Notes under the pieces: model-generated
Databases searched by the model: none
What the model saw: the letters and a program-made list of their open reading frames with translations, nothing else
What the model was told of the DNA's origin: nothing
In this document: positions 43,281 to 53,767 of the stretch, piece by piece
Numbering within the stretch: the first letter of the stretch is position 1
How the letters are laid out: every line of letters starts with the position of its first letter
Assembly: GCA_009859145.1 (NCBI GenBank)
Contig: VRVR01000028.1
Location: 36,438 to 100,437 of the forward strand
Reading direction: 5' to 3'
Source of the DNA: Andalucia godoyi And28
Lineage: Eukaryota > Protista > Jakobida
Length of the DNA stretch: 64,000 nt
Program-made: the position numbers and the translations under genes

Positions 43281-45608
43281 ATGATGCGTAGTGCCGTGGT
43301 GGCATTGGCTGTTGCGCTGGCTGCTGTGCTGGCTGTTGTGCGTCTTCCGAGTGTGCTTTGTGAGCCGCCCAGACCACCATTTCCAGTGCCGTTGCCGAGT
43401 CCGCTGCGGTATGTGGATCCGTTTATAGGGACTGGTGGGGTGGGCTACGGAGCTGCATCTCTGTGGCCCGGTGCCTCGGAACCCTTTGGAAATGTGCGAC
43501 TGTCACCGGACACTGCGCCCGAGGGGCTGTGGTTGCGCTACCAGCACTTTGGCGGATACCATCACGACGACTCGTACATTCGTGGAATTAGCCATACGCA
43601 CATGGTTGGGTCCGGAGTGTTGGATCTTGGAAACATTCGCATATCTCCTTCGCTGCAGCCGTTTCCTTCCCCGATTGCCTTTTCCCACAAGGATGAAATT
43701 GCGGTCCCTGGGTACTATGGAGTGAACGTGATGAATAGCGCAGTCAGCATTGAGCTTACGGCGTCACAGCTCGTCGGGTTCCATCGGTACACGTTTGACG
43801 CTTCGGTGGGTGAGTCTGCGTGGATTACCGTGTCACCTTCGACTACCCTGGATGAGAAGGCGTGCAAGAACGCGTCCTTTTCGTACGATGCTTCGAAGAA
43901 CGTGGTCTCTGGATTCGTTCGCAATGCTGGCGAGTACTCTGGTTTCGGCTTCAACTTGTACTTTGTGGCGGATTTCTCAGGAGTTGGACTGAAGGTGCAG
44001 AGCGTGGGTAGGTATACCAACGAGTCGTTTGACGAAGGAGTCGTCTCGGATGTGGGCTGCGGTCTTGACATGGGCTTTGCGATCGCTTTCTCGCTCGCGG
44101 AGTTCCCCGCTGGAACAGCTGTCGTCGAGTTTCCCGTTGCCATCTCATACATTTCTGCTGACCAGGCATTTGAGAATCTGCAAGCGCAGACGCAAGGTGG
44201 TTCCAGGAGGTTCGACGATATCTTGGGTGCAACGATGGCCAAGTGGTCTTCCTTGCTGTCGATCGTCGACATCGGAGCATCGACCTCAGTCTCGCCGAAC
44301 AACGAAAGCTCCATCAGAACGGAAGACATCGGCAGTACGCGAGATGAACAGACTGTGTTTTACACGGCACTATATCATTCGTTCATGGCGCCATCGCGAT
44401 ACAATGAAGCAAATGGTGTGTTTATGGGCTTCGATAACAATGTCCATCACATCAGCGAATTTGGACTTTCTGCGTACTATTCCGATATGAGCATTTGGGA
44501 CACTCACCGATCAGAAGCGCCGCTGCTCTCCTTCCTTGTCCCGGATGTCCAGACAGACATTGTGCGGTCGCTGCTGTGCATGGCGAAGCTCGGAGGCGAT
44601 CTGCCTCGCTGGCCTTTTGTCAACGGTTACACTGGGGGCATGTTTGGGAATCATGCAGATGCCGTGATTGCGGACTACTTGCTTCGAAATTCTTCATTTC
44701 TTTCAAGGACGGAAATTGAACTCCTTTATGTGTACATGAAGAACCAATCCATTGAGCCTCGGCAGCACACTGGCCGAACTGGGCTTGCAGATTATCTTTC
44801 GCTGGGCTATGTCACCCTCGAAGACAGCGACCACTCTGCTTGTCTCACTCTGGCGTATGCATACGATGATCACTCGGTCGGGGTTGTGGCAAATCTTCTC
44901 GGATACGAAGCAGACTACGAGTACTTCATGAAGGCCTCGACTCGTTGGCAAAACGTTCTCGATCCCAAGTCCCTGTTTTTCTGCCCGCGCCAGAAGAACG
45001 GCGACTTTGCATGCGAAGCCGACAAGATCGCCATCTTCAGTCGGTACTATGTCGAAGGGGATGCCTGGCACTATCGATACTGGGTTCCGCATGACATCGA
45101 GGGCCTCGCATCGTTCTATCCGTCTGCTTCTTCCTACACGTCGCAACTGGAAACTCTTGCTTCGAATGGAATGGAATGCCCTCTGAACGACCTTCCCTGC
45201 CCCTACTATTGGCCTGGAAACGAACCAGATATTCTTTCGCTGTACGAGTTCCTGGATCTTTCCAAGACGCAACACTGGCTAAGAATGCTTGCTCCGTTCA
45301 AGTTTACGCAAAATCCAGATGGAATCCCCGGCAATGACGACTACGGGACCATGAGTGCCTGGTATGTCTGGTACGCCCTCGGGTTCTATCCTGCAACCGC
45401 AGTCGGCGAGTACCGCGTAGGCATCCCCCGGTTCAGCAACATCGCCATCCACAGGCCGCAAGGAGTCGTCCAGGTGATCTGCGCCTGCTGTGACGATCCT
45501 TCAGTCCCAACCGCCGCCATTCCACTGCAAGATGCCGACATCAAATTCAGGTACGATCGGATCGAAAATGGCGGCTCTCTCGTTTTCACATGCCCATCTT
45601 CCTCTTAG
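43281..45608 (+). CDS. Secreted GH92 alpha-1,2-mannosidase
   Basis: Signal peptide; YVDPFIGTGG, PFGNVRLSPDT, ISHTHMVGSG, SIWDTHRS, VEGDAWHY, GNEPD, PGNDDYGTMSAWYV. Confidence 0.96.
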   Translation: MMRSAVVALAVALAAVLAVVRLPSVLCEPPRPPFPVPLPSPLRYVDPFIGTGGVGYGAASLWPGASEPFGNVRLSPDTAPEGLWLRYQHFGGYHHDDSYIRGISHTHMVGSGVLDLGNIRISPSLQPFPSPIAFSHKDEIAVPGYYGVNVMNSAVSIELTASQLVGFHRYTFDASVGESAWITVSPSTTLDEKACKNASFSYDASKNVVSGFVRNAGEYSGFGFNLYFVADFSGVGLKVQSVGRYTNESFDEGVVSDVGCGLDMGFAIAFSLAEFPAGTAVVEFPVAISYISADQAFENLQAQTQGGSRRFDDILGATMAKWSSLLSIVDIGASTSVSPNNESSIRTEDIGSTRDEQTVFYTALYHSFMAPSRYNEANGVFMGFDNNVHHISEFGLSAYYSDMSIWDTHRSEAPLLSFLVPDVQTDIVRSLLCMAKLGGDLPRWPFVNGYTGGMFGNHADAVIADYLLRNSSFLSRTEIELLYVYMKNQSIEPRQHTGRTGLADYLSLGYVTLEDSDHSACLTLAYAYDDHSVGVVANLLGYEADYEYFMKASTRWQNVLDPKSLFFCPRQKNGDFACEADKIAIFSRYYVEGDAWHYRYWVPHDIEGLASFYPSASSYTSQLETLASNGMECPLNDLPCPYYWPGNEPDILSLYEFLDLSKTQHWLRMLAPFKFTQNPDGIPGNDDYGTMSAWYVWYALGFYPATAVGEYRVGIPRFSNIAIHRPQGVVQVICACCDDPSVPTAAIPLQDADIKFRYDRIENGGSLVFTCPSSS

Positions 45609-45909
45609 CCCTGCACTTTGCAGTTGTCGTCGTTGCTACTGTGTGTGCCCATGCCCATCCATACGTGTCTGTATCTGTATCTGTACCTGTACCTGTACCT
45701 ATACCAGTACCTGTTTCTGTTCTTGTGATTGCTGTTGCCCCGTGGCTTGCGGGCCGTGGTCCTGTAAAATCTCTCGTTTGTTGTTGTCGATCAGCTATGC
45801 CGGAATGGCGATGTGGGACAGGCGTGAGTGGAAAAAGTTGAATGCAATACCACTGTCTGAATTTTCTGGATAAGTGCGGGGGTAGGGCAGGGCAAAGAGA
45901 GTGTAACAA

Positions 45910-46460
45910 GCGAGACGTTGTTTGCTTAGGAGCGCATTACGATGGCTACGGAGGCCCAGTTGCCTGCCAACGACCCGTCCTTCGTTGCCGATACCGCTCG
46001 CCAAAACATGAATCCTTGTTGGTCATCATCGGTGAAGCTGTCCAAACGACGTGTTTCTTTGATTTTAACTGGGGGCGAGCATCAACTCTTCCATGCAGAC
46101 TGCTCTGCATCAAAGGGTCATCGCAACCACCAGTTTCTTGGTTCTCGGCATCTTCGGGGGTTTGCGTTTGCTGAGAAGATCCCTCTTTGGAGCCATGGGA
46201 TGTTTTGTCTCTGATTAAAAAAAAGGTGCGGCTTGAAGGTTCGTTTATTATACACATACAAACAGAAAAGAATAGGAAAGAATAAGAAAGTGAAAGAATG
46301 ACAGACGTTTCTAGACTTGACTACGGTAGGAATAATGCGTTCTCATAGGGTTAGATAAGCAAACTTCCGATATGGTACTGTTTGTCTGATGTTCAACGTT
46401 GATACACCTAACGGTCAAGCGTGGTTTGTGGCTCTTCTGATATTGACTAACGGGGTCCTA
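45910..46460 (+). pseudogene. Dispersed element, copy B, with decayed peptidase M28-like motifs
   Basis: VVCLGAHYD (GAHYD 45929-45943); then in a shifted frame PAND (45963-45974), RRVSLILTGGEH, FLGSRHL, MFCL-stop. The order matches M28 zinc-ligand motifs. Homologous to copies A and C. Confidence 0.55.
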
Positions 46461-46522
46461 CTGCTGCACGGAGCATCTAGAGGAGATTGTGGGGCCGCGA
46501 AAAGAAAAAAGAAGAGAAAAAA

Positions 46523-48406
46523 ATGGAGTTACCGGCACTTGCGCCCTACGAGGAAAGGATCGTTCAGTCGCATCTTGGTGCTGGCTTTTTTTCCTTTTTT
46601 GCGGTTGTGTTTAAAGAGCGCTCTGTCCTTGTGCCAGACAAGGCGCAGCATCGTCGAGGTGGTGGTGGTGGCGGTGGACTAGCCTCGGATCATGCTTCGT
46701 CGTCGTCGTCGTCGTCGTCGAGTCGACCTTCTGTGCTTCTTCCAAATTTTGGGCTGTATGAACGTGCGGTTCCGTCGTTGCGTGGAATCAAGCGACTGCT
46801 GAATTTTCGAGCGTATGAGCTGCTGCTGCTGGACGTCCTGCTTACTCCATCCGAGCTGATTTTCAAAGAGCTTGATGGTGATTTGGAGACTGCACTGGAT
46901 CCGTTTTCAAAGTCGAAATTGCGGAAACGACGCTCATCAAGTCGCTCGTTTTTTTGTTTCAAACGACGGTCTGCGGGCAGCAGTAAAGGTGGAGATGGTG
47001 CGCAAGACGACGACGACGCGGAGGAGGAGGAGGAGAAGGAGATGACTGGAGAAACGGAACTTGAGAGGCTTCAAAGAGAGCAGTTTGAGCTTGAAAATGA
47101 AACGGGAAACTCGCCACGATCGCATTCCGCGAATGTAGGTCGGCCATTCGAGACGAAGCAAGGACCAGTGTTGCGAAGGGTGGGAAAAGTGGTCGCTCGG
47201 GTGCCGCTCACTGCGCACGTAGAGGTGTTTACGGATGAGCAACTTGGAATCGTGCACATCTGGATGCACCCGGACGACCTTCCTATCCGGTTAGTCTGTG
47301 ATTCCCCGAGAATCTTGAGCTGTGTCATCAAGGCATTTATCGTGTACCACATATCCCAGCCGATGAGTTCGCTTGAACAGTACTGGATTCGACAGCATGA
47401 AGAACTGGCCCAGTCTCACCAGTCGGAAATGTCGAAATCGGAGATGTCGTCGATCGCATTGCAGAGCCAGGGAGCCTTTGGCCAGCCGACGAACCGCAAT
47501 AGCCGCAGCACCAACGACACCATCAGCACCAATGTTAACAACAACAGCAGCAGCAGCAGCAGCGACAACAACAACAACAATAGCCACAATGATGCCAGCA
47601 GCATACGTATGACTAACGAACCGTGTCAGAGTCAGAGTCAGAGTCAGAGTCAGTTGTTGAGTGTAGAAGTGGACCAGCCGACGCAACGGTTTGAGAACAG
47701 CGAACCCAGGAATGCACCAGGGACACCTCATGAACTGGACAGGGTACATGCAAGCGAGTCTCCAGCTGCCCCGCGGCTGCTGTCCCTAAACGACCTTGCA
47801 TCTCCCGGTCCGCTGAGAAGCAGACCAGAGGAAACCGCGCAGGATCTCAAGCCTTCATCCAGACCGGTTCGCGTAGAAGACCCCGTTAATGATGATCAGG
47901 ATGTGATCTTTACTCGTACTTCTCCGCCTGGCCCTCTTCACCACGCTGCTGCTTCAGAGTCCACTCCTTCTTCCTTTTCAGCATCTTCGAACCCTCTTTC
48001 TGCTCCACCGTTCGCTCCGACTCCCGCGCAAAAGGTGCGGATCGAATCGCATAGGAGCTCTGCAGGATCGGAAGTCATGAATCCGCCGTTTGCACTGTCG
48101 ATCGCATCGGTTCGCTCTGGCGTCCGCAAAGGCCCAATGACCATCGCGACCCCTTCCGCGTCCGGCAGCACAGGATACAAGAACGGTGTCCAGGAAGGCT
48201 GGAGTCCTCCAGTCACCAGCGGCCGCAAGGTTGCAGTCACTCCGCAGCAGCAGCGGCCCCTCTTAATCAGCGATTTCATTCATGACGTCATGAGCAGAAG
48301 AAGCGGGATGGGAGATGCAAACGAGTTCCATTTGCCCCCGCAACTGGCACCGTCCATCGACTATGTGCTTCCCAGACCACCCTCTCGGTCTGCCTCTCGA
48401 CTCTAG
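46523..48406 (+). CDS. Protein with possible split PH-like domain and long disordered tail
   Basis: ATG at 46523 within a 639-codon frame. Beta-rich blocks (YELLLLDVLLTPSELIFKE; VHIW..IRLVCDSPRILSCVIKAF) separated by an acidic insert. The PH call is tentative. Confidence 0.7.
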   Translation: MELPALAPYEERIVQSHLGAGFFSFFAVVFKERSVLVPDKAQHRRGGGGGGGLASDHASSSSSSSSSRPSVLLPNFGLYERAVPSLRGIKRLLNFRAYELLLLDVLLTPSELIFKELDGDLETALDPFSKSKLRKRRSSSRSFFCFKRRSAGSSKGGDGAQDDDDAEEEEEKEMTGETELERLQREQFELENETGNSPRSHSANVGRPFETKQGPVLRRVGKVVARVPLTAHVEVFTDEQLGIVHIWMHPDDLPIRLVCDSPRILSCVIKAFIVYHISQPMSSLEQYWIRQHEELAQSHQSEMSKSEMSSIALQSQGAFGQPTNRNSRSTNDTISTNVNNNSSSSSSDNNNNNSHNDASSIRMTNEPCQSQSQSQSQLLSVEVDQPTQRFENSEPRNAPGTPHELDRVHASESPAAPRLLSLNDLASPGPLRSRPEETAQDLKPSSRPVRVEDPVNDDQDVIFTRTSPPGPLHHAAASESTPSSFSASSNPLSAPPFAPTPAQKVRIESHRSSAGSEVMNPPFALSIASVRSGVRKGPMTIATPSASGSTGYKNGVQEGWSPPVTSGRKVAVTPQQQRPLLISDFIHDVMSRRSGMGDANEFHLPPQLAPSIDYVLPRPPSRSASRL

Positions 48407-48512
48407 CCAGCAGTTAGCAGCTGAGCACGTCATGTCGGTGTGCGGTCAAAGTCTGTATTCAACGACAACAAAAACCAAAAATCAAAAAAATGTAAAGTGC
48501 TTTATTCTCATG

Positions 48513-48923
48513 CTAGGATTGCGAGAATGCTTCCTCGGCGTCTTCGGAGCCAAGGTCAAAAGAACCAGGGTTTTCCTGAGCGCACTGAGAAAGCTTTCGG
48601 AAGAACTCGACACAATCCGATCCCTTTTCTTCGGCTGTTGACCGAGTATAGCAGTCGTATGCAGCAGAAAACGCATCCCCGCAAACGCCTTCCCGCAAGC
48701 GGGTCACGCAAGGGCATTCTTCAACATCCTCCTCGCCTGCTGTAGCCACCGGCACAGTGCTTGCGTCACTTGATTCTATGGACGAAGCCGAAGCAGAAGC
48801 AGCAGACGGCGTGGCGGCAGCATCACTTGAGGCCTCCGTTTCCGAGTTTGATGCTAGAAACGTATAAGGAGAAGGCGTCGTCGCAGCGTGCGCGGCGCTG
48901 TCCGTCTTCGAATCCACGGTCAT
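48513..48923 (-). CDS. MIA40: Mitochondrial IMS oxidoreductase Mia40/CHCHD4
   Basis: CPC motif followed by twin CX9C: CGDAFSAAYDC and CVEFFRKLSQC, ending ENP; 136 aa with an acidic N-terminus. Confidence 0.92.
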   Translation of the reverse strand: MTVDSKTDSAAHAATTPSPYTFLASNSETEASSDAAATPSAASASASSIESSDASTVPVATAGEEDVEECPCVTRLREGVCGDAFSAAYDCYTRSTAEEKGSDCVEFFRKLSQCAQENPGSFDLGSEDAEEAFSQS

Positions 48924-49306
48924 TGTCTATGAAGAGCACAAAAATTAAACAACAAACAAAGCACAATGTGCGTATATTACATAATTGGAGAAAAGGAAAA
49001 AAGAAAGAAAAAAAGGGAGCATCAAAACCACGGGAAAATGCGTCTATTATACATGTTTTGGAGAGGAAGAAGAAAGAAAAAGGCAAACATCAAGTTCGAC
49101 TTTTGTCGCATCGCGAAAAACTTCTGGGAAGGGCCGCATCTACAGTGGCTCAAACTGCATACTACAGTGGAGCAGCTTGCATCCTTTGCGACTGGCCGTT
49201 GTTGCTCAGGACGCAGAAGGAGTAGACTATGGACGGGGTCCCAGTTTAGGTAGAGGGGTGCCCGTCGGACTGGGGGGTGCTCGCCGGACAGAGCGTGCGT
49301 CAGGGG

Positions 49307-50401
49307 TCAAGTGAGCGCGGGAGAGGATGCCGAGTGAACGAGGTTGAAGCCTTCAGGCATTGGGAGGATCTCCATGCAGATTGCTGCAGCGAACCCGCTG
49401 AAGGTGGACCGCAGGAACGAAGCGGCGGCCATCACAAGGTTCACGGAGCCGTCGCTCTTCCGAATGGCTACGCTGTACGCAGACTTCTTAACTGACGGGT
49501 CCCCTTCGTCTTGCAGTATCTGGTTCATGGTGCGGATTGAAAAGGGGGAAGACATGTCGATGATAATTGGCAACACGTACGGATTCGCCTTCAAGCAGTC
49601 CGCAGGATACCCAACGACTTCCGCGAACTTCTTGTTGTGGCAAAGCATCTTTCGCCGAATGTCGTACATTACGCACGGAAAGGGCGACGACTGCACCCGT
49701 TCTGCAGCTAGGACATACTCATTTCGAAACTGCCGATCCGAGTCAAGGAGGCTGGAAACATTGCCAGACCACACAAGCTGCATATCTGGATCGGTCTGCA
49801 GCCGACGCTCGGTCCGGGCCATGCTGTCCACAGTCTCCGCACACAGGTGTCGGAACATCCGTTTGAACAACTCCAGCATCGGCTGCGCACCCTTCCGCGA
49901 CATTCGTTGGATATAACATTGCTCCACGCCTGCCAGCGCAAGTGCCCGTGCGTCAATGATTCGCGGAACCGATGAAGTCCAGTTGCCAGCGTCACCTCGC
50001 CCGACGACTGCTCCTGCTCCGGGACTGCCAGTGCGGGCCACGGACTCCGTAGAGTCTCGATCGATGCATCTCGCGTGTGTGCGCGTCCTATCATACCCTT
50101 CCGTGAGCCACCCATCAGACACTTGCTCTTCATCGCTCTGGACGCTCCCAATCCCATCAAAATGGTCCATGATTGTGTGTCTACTCGTTGCGAATCTTTC
50201 TGCTCTCGATGCACGCCCCCACCGAGACGATGACTGTCGAGAAACCCCGACGGGCCCGATGTCATGTTGCCAGTGGAGAGGGTAGTATGCGCGATCTGCT
50301 CTGACACAGACGTACAAGCGCTCCTCACATTCTGCTTCTTTGTTGGTGTGCCACTCCTCGCCGCCGTTTGTTGTGGACTCTGTATTCGTACTAAATATCA
50401 A
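49307..50401 (-). CDS. PAS-domain-containing protein
   Basis: C-terminal SPFPCVMYD..KMLCHNKKFAEVVGYPADCL..IRKSDGS is PAS-like. True start uncertain (ATG at 50170 or later possible). Confidence 0.7.
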   Translation of the reverse strand: MIFSTNTESTTNGGEEWHTNKEAECEERLYVCVRADRAYYPLHWQHDIGPVGVSRQSSSRWGRASRAERFATSRHTIMDHFDGIGSVQSDEEQVSDGWLTEGYDRTRTHARCIDRDSTESVARTGSPGAGAVVGRGDAGNWTSSVPRIIDARALALAGVEQCYIQRMSRKGAQPMLELFKRMFRHLCAETVDSMARTERRLQTDPDMQLVWSGNVSSLLDSDRQFRNEYVLAAERVQSSPFPCVMYDIRRKMLCHNKKFAEVVGYPADCLKANPYVLPIIIDMSSPFSIRTMNQILQDEGDPSVKKSAYSVAIRKSDGSVNLVMAAASFLRSTFSGFAAAICMEILPMPEGFNLVHSASSPALT

Positions 50402-50594
50402 GGGGAGGGGCTTGTTCGATCCTTGCTAGATGTAATTGTTCGTTATTAACTAATTCCTCTTCTATGTCTTTCGGGCTGGCATTTCAGGAGGGCGAAGAGA
50501 ACACCGAAACAGGATAGGAGTTTTGCGAATCCTTGCTGATCTTCCGAGCAAATGCGTGTGTGTGGAGTAGCAAAAAGGAGAAGAGGAATGACGG

Positions 50595-51200
50595 GTGAAA
50601 GCACAGTTCGATATGCATTACAGGGTCTCTTTGCGAGCTCAGCTCGAGCACGATGAAGAATGGTATCGCGCTATCAGCATCCTGGCCAGTATCGTCGATG
50701 GCCTAGCTATTTCAGTGGACGATGAGATCGATCCGACTGTGCTCTATTGCTTGGTTCTAGACCGTCTGAACTCCAGCGACTCTCAAGCCGCCAAAATACG
50801 TAGCAGATGATTCTCCGTCGTCAGCGCCTGCCAGGACAGCAGCACACAGTGGCGACTGCGCTCGCATTGGTAGCTGGAGTAGTATTGCCCATCCGGGCTC
50901 CAGCGATACTTTTGAGTGCCCGTGCTGCCGCGATGATGCTCGGTACCAGGAGAGTGTGTTTTGCACGAAGGACCATGGTGCGTGTAAAGAATGCATGCCA
51001 TATGCAGTGCTCCAAGTGTAAGAAGGAGACGTGCTACGTATGCAGAAAGGCAGTTTCGGGCTACAATCATTTTCAGAAAAACAGAAGGGACTGAGTGTCC
51101 ACAGTACTCAGATGACAAGCTGCTCCATCTCAAACATACAGGCAATGTTGCTGGAGAGGCTCTTGGAAGGCTGCAGGGTGAAATCGCAGACAGAACCTGC
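50595..51200 (+). pseudogene. Frameshifted RBR E3 ligase (RNF216/TRIAD3-like) relic
   Basis: FECPCCRDD..FCTKDHGACKEC (from 50911) resembles the RING1 start. Overlapping +1 frame CHMQCSKCKKETCYVCRKAVSGYNHF resembles Rcat. A third frame continues TECPQYSDD. IBR is absent. Confidence 0.6.
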
Positions 51201-51991
51201 ATTTTCCAATGCAGTGCAATTGGTCACCACCGAGCTGTCCAGGATTCGCAAGCAAAATGGCAGGCAAGGGCGCTGTCGATGCGCATGTGCGCAGCATCAC
51301 CATGGAGGTAGCAACGAGGGCGCTCAATGTCACGGGTGTTCTGGCCTTTGCAGTCGACCCCGGCGGACTCGACAATCCTTCGAAATCGGGTGGCTCTGGT
51401 ACAGTCGCCATCATTGGCTTTGGCTCGTCGTCGGGTTCGGCATCCTCGGCAGCGTCGGCAGCCATGCAATCACCCCGGGAAATCGCAAAAGCAGCACTTT
51501 CGACACTATGTTTCAGTACCAGCATGCAAACATGTACGAAACACGTCTCGCTGCACTCCGGAGCCGTCGCTACGAACTGATCGAGGAGCAAAGGTCGCTT
51601 GCAGAACGCATCGAAATCGTCAACATCGAAATACAAGAGCTCATGGATGCCAGAGAGTGTTTTGCATGTTGCACGTGCTCTGTTATCCAATCCGTCGCCG
51701 TGCCTTTCTTATGTGCTCAGCGACGATCTACCAGACCCTGTTCCTCGCCCCGCTGTGCCCGGTAGGGAAATCTGCTGTAGATCCATCTGCAAAAAAAAGG
51801 CCGTCCTTCCCCCCTCCAAAGGCTCAATTGACGGTGACTGAAAGGAGAAGAGAATGCCATGCGGGGATATTTTATCGGCGCTGGGGCGCCCATCACAGCC
51901 ATCTTTGTGTTTCCCAGATGTCGCGATAAACATCGAAAAGGGAATACGGTATTGGGCTTCGGGTAGTCTTCGTTCCACGCCCCATAACGAG

Positions 51992-53572
51992 ATGGTATCC
52001 GCAAACTACGTGCTTACCAGAGGCGATCCGTACGTCTCCGTTGTATACATGACGTTTGGCGTTGTTCTGGGCATCCTGATTGTGCTCTCCGCTTCCACTG
52101 AAAAGGGACCCGCACATACCGGGGCATCGTCGCCTTCAGCAGCAACCAAAGCAACTCTCGCAGATTGCCCAGTGCAATCGAATCCATCCGAAAAGTACAG
52201 GGGGGCGTCGGATGCGCAACCTGCGACTGTATCCAAGGACGCAGCTGGCCTGTCTTTCGTTTCGGGGCAGGTGAAGGTAACAGATTTCTCGACTGCGGCG
52301 TTTCCTCCGTCTGTTTCCGTGTTCACTTCGGACTCTGCTAAGCAAGCTTGGCTTCGTCAGTATCGTGATTTGCAGTATGTGAGACACCATCTGATTCGGG
52401 TAAAAGGAGAATGGACGTGTATGCGATCGCTTGGCCAACATGTTTCATTAGGCCCTTATGATAATGATTATGGACACTGTTTTCGAACGGAAAAGATGGA
52501 GTTTGTGGATGGAAAGCTCCGAAATTCTTGCGAATGGCCGCTTCCTCGCGACTTCTCGCCGGAGCCGCAGCAGACTACGTTTGTCGATCCGTCGACAAAT
52601 CGGAAGGTTAACTTGATTCAGGGATCGACGCTCATCATGTCTGGCGTGTATCCGTGGATGGGGACATTCCAGCATTTGGTACAGGATGCCTTTCCGCAGA
52701 TCGCGAAGTCCTTATTCTGGCTGCTCAGACAAACACCATCTGCAAAAGCGTCGGTGCTGCTGGACGAGTCCTCGTGGTTTTCTCACGTGAGAAGCAAGTA
52801 CATGTCGGAAGTGCAGATTGTGGGGTTCAATGCACAGGACTATTTCTGTGCAAAAGACAGCATTATCGGATTTCATGAACCGTATTCTGTGTTTGGAGGT
52901 GTGGATGCGGTTGGGGTCGAGGCCGCACACAGGCTGCTTCACTTGGATTTTCCGGCGCGCGAGATCGGAACCTTGTTCCATGGTGTCGATCTGGGTGTTC
53001 TGGGCGGTGCGCAAAGGTCGTATGACAAGTCTGCAATGAATACGCTTCCAAACTCCGTCTTCGCATCTCCAAAGGAAAAGAATCTTGTGATTTACATGGG
53101 AAGACCAAACACGAGTAACCGAAAGGTCGACAACGATGCAGCAGTCTCATCTGCAATCGACGCTGTTGTCAAGGAGTTTAACTCGGCTTCGAACCGAGAA
53201 TTCCAGTACGAGTATGTGTATTACAAGGAGCCCCTCCAAGATAAGGATGCGAATATTGATTTGTTCCAACGCGCAAGAGTGGTGGTGGGGCTGCACGGCG
53301 GCGCTTGGGCGAACTTCCTTTTCACCCCTATGGATGCTCGAGTCGTTGGCATTGAATTGCTGATGGGAGGCCGGCATGCACGGAACTGGAAGAATCTCGT
53401 CTTGGCATCCGGTGCGACGTACATTGATCAAATGATACCGTGCCCGGATAATCAGCGCGATTGCAATCCAGATTCGACTGGAGTCAAGATTCCCACGAAC
53501 GACGTTGAAGTTCTTGTCAAGAGCGCCATGATGTCGTTGGAAAAACGTTTAGCAAGAGGGGACTTTGAGTAA
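51992..53572 (+). CDS. Type II membrane glycosyltransferase family 61 (DUF563)-like
   Basis: N-terminal TM anchor; GTFQHLVQDAFP, VIYMGR, LFQRARVVVGLHGGAWANFLF. Confidence 0.85.
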   Translation: MVSANYVLTRGDPYVSVVYMTFGVVLGILIVLSASTEKGPAHTGASSPSAATKATLADCPVQSNPSEKYRGASDAQPATVSKDAAGLSFVSGQVKVTDFSTAAFPPSVSVFTSDSAKQAWLRQYRDLQYVRHHLIRVKGEWTCMRSLGQHVSLGPYDNDYGHCFRTEKMEFVDGKLRNSCEWPLPRDFSPEPQQTTFVDPSTNRKVNLIQGSTLIMSGVYPWMGTFQHLVQDAFPQIAKSLFWLLRQTPSAKASVLLDESSWFSHVRSKYMSEVQIVGFNAQDYFCAKDSIIGFHEPYSVFGGVDAVGVEAAHRLLHLDFPAREIGTLFHGVDLGVLGGAQRSYDKSAMNTLPNSVFASPKEKNLVIYMGRPNTSNRKVDNDAAVSSAIDAVVKEFNSASNREFQYEYVYYKEPLQDKDANIDLFQRARVVVGLHGGAWANFLFTPMDARVVGIELLMGGRHARNWKNLVLASGATYIDQMIPCPDNQRDCNPDSTGVKIPTNDVEVLVKSAMMSLEKRLARGDFE

Positions 53573-53767
53573 TGTATTGCTTCGTTTTCGCCGCACTGCG
53601 CTTCGTTCTGTTTTTGTCTTTTTCTTCCGCCTGCCTGTCTCTTCGTTTCTCCGTCTTCCTTCTTTTTATTTATGTTACGTTATGTATGTACAATATCATG
53701 GGAAAATGCGTTCTTTTTTGTCTTCTTCTTTTTGCTATTGCCGGCCCGGAGTTTGACGGGTCGGAGA

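Noticed and set aside
43281-45608. GH92 as a horizontal transfer because it is intronless
   Set aside because: Nearly all genes here are intronless and GH92 occurs in other eukaryotes; a phylogeny would be needed.
46169-46174. TGC-TGA in copy B aligning with TGC-TGT in copy A, as a Cys/Sec pair
   Set aside because: Lies in a decayed repeat with several frameshifts; no SECIS or selenoprotein family context.
46344-46356. CTAACCCTA on the minus strand as a telomerase RNA template
   Set aside because: Not conserved in copy C (CTAGCCCCG) and there is no room for a downstream pseudoknot.
50764-50776. 13-nt GT..AG micro-intron that would join frames in the RBR relic
   Set aside because: Shorter than any established spliceosomal intron; real introns here are 132 and 230 nt; other breaks remain unrepaired.
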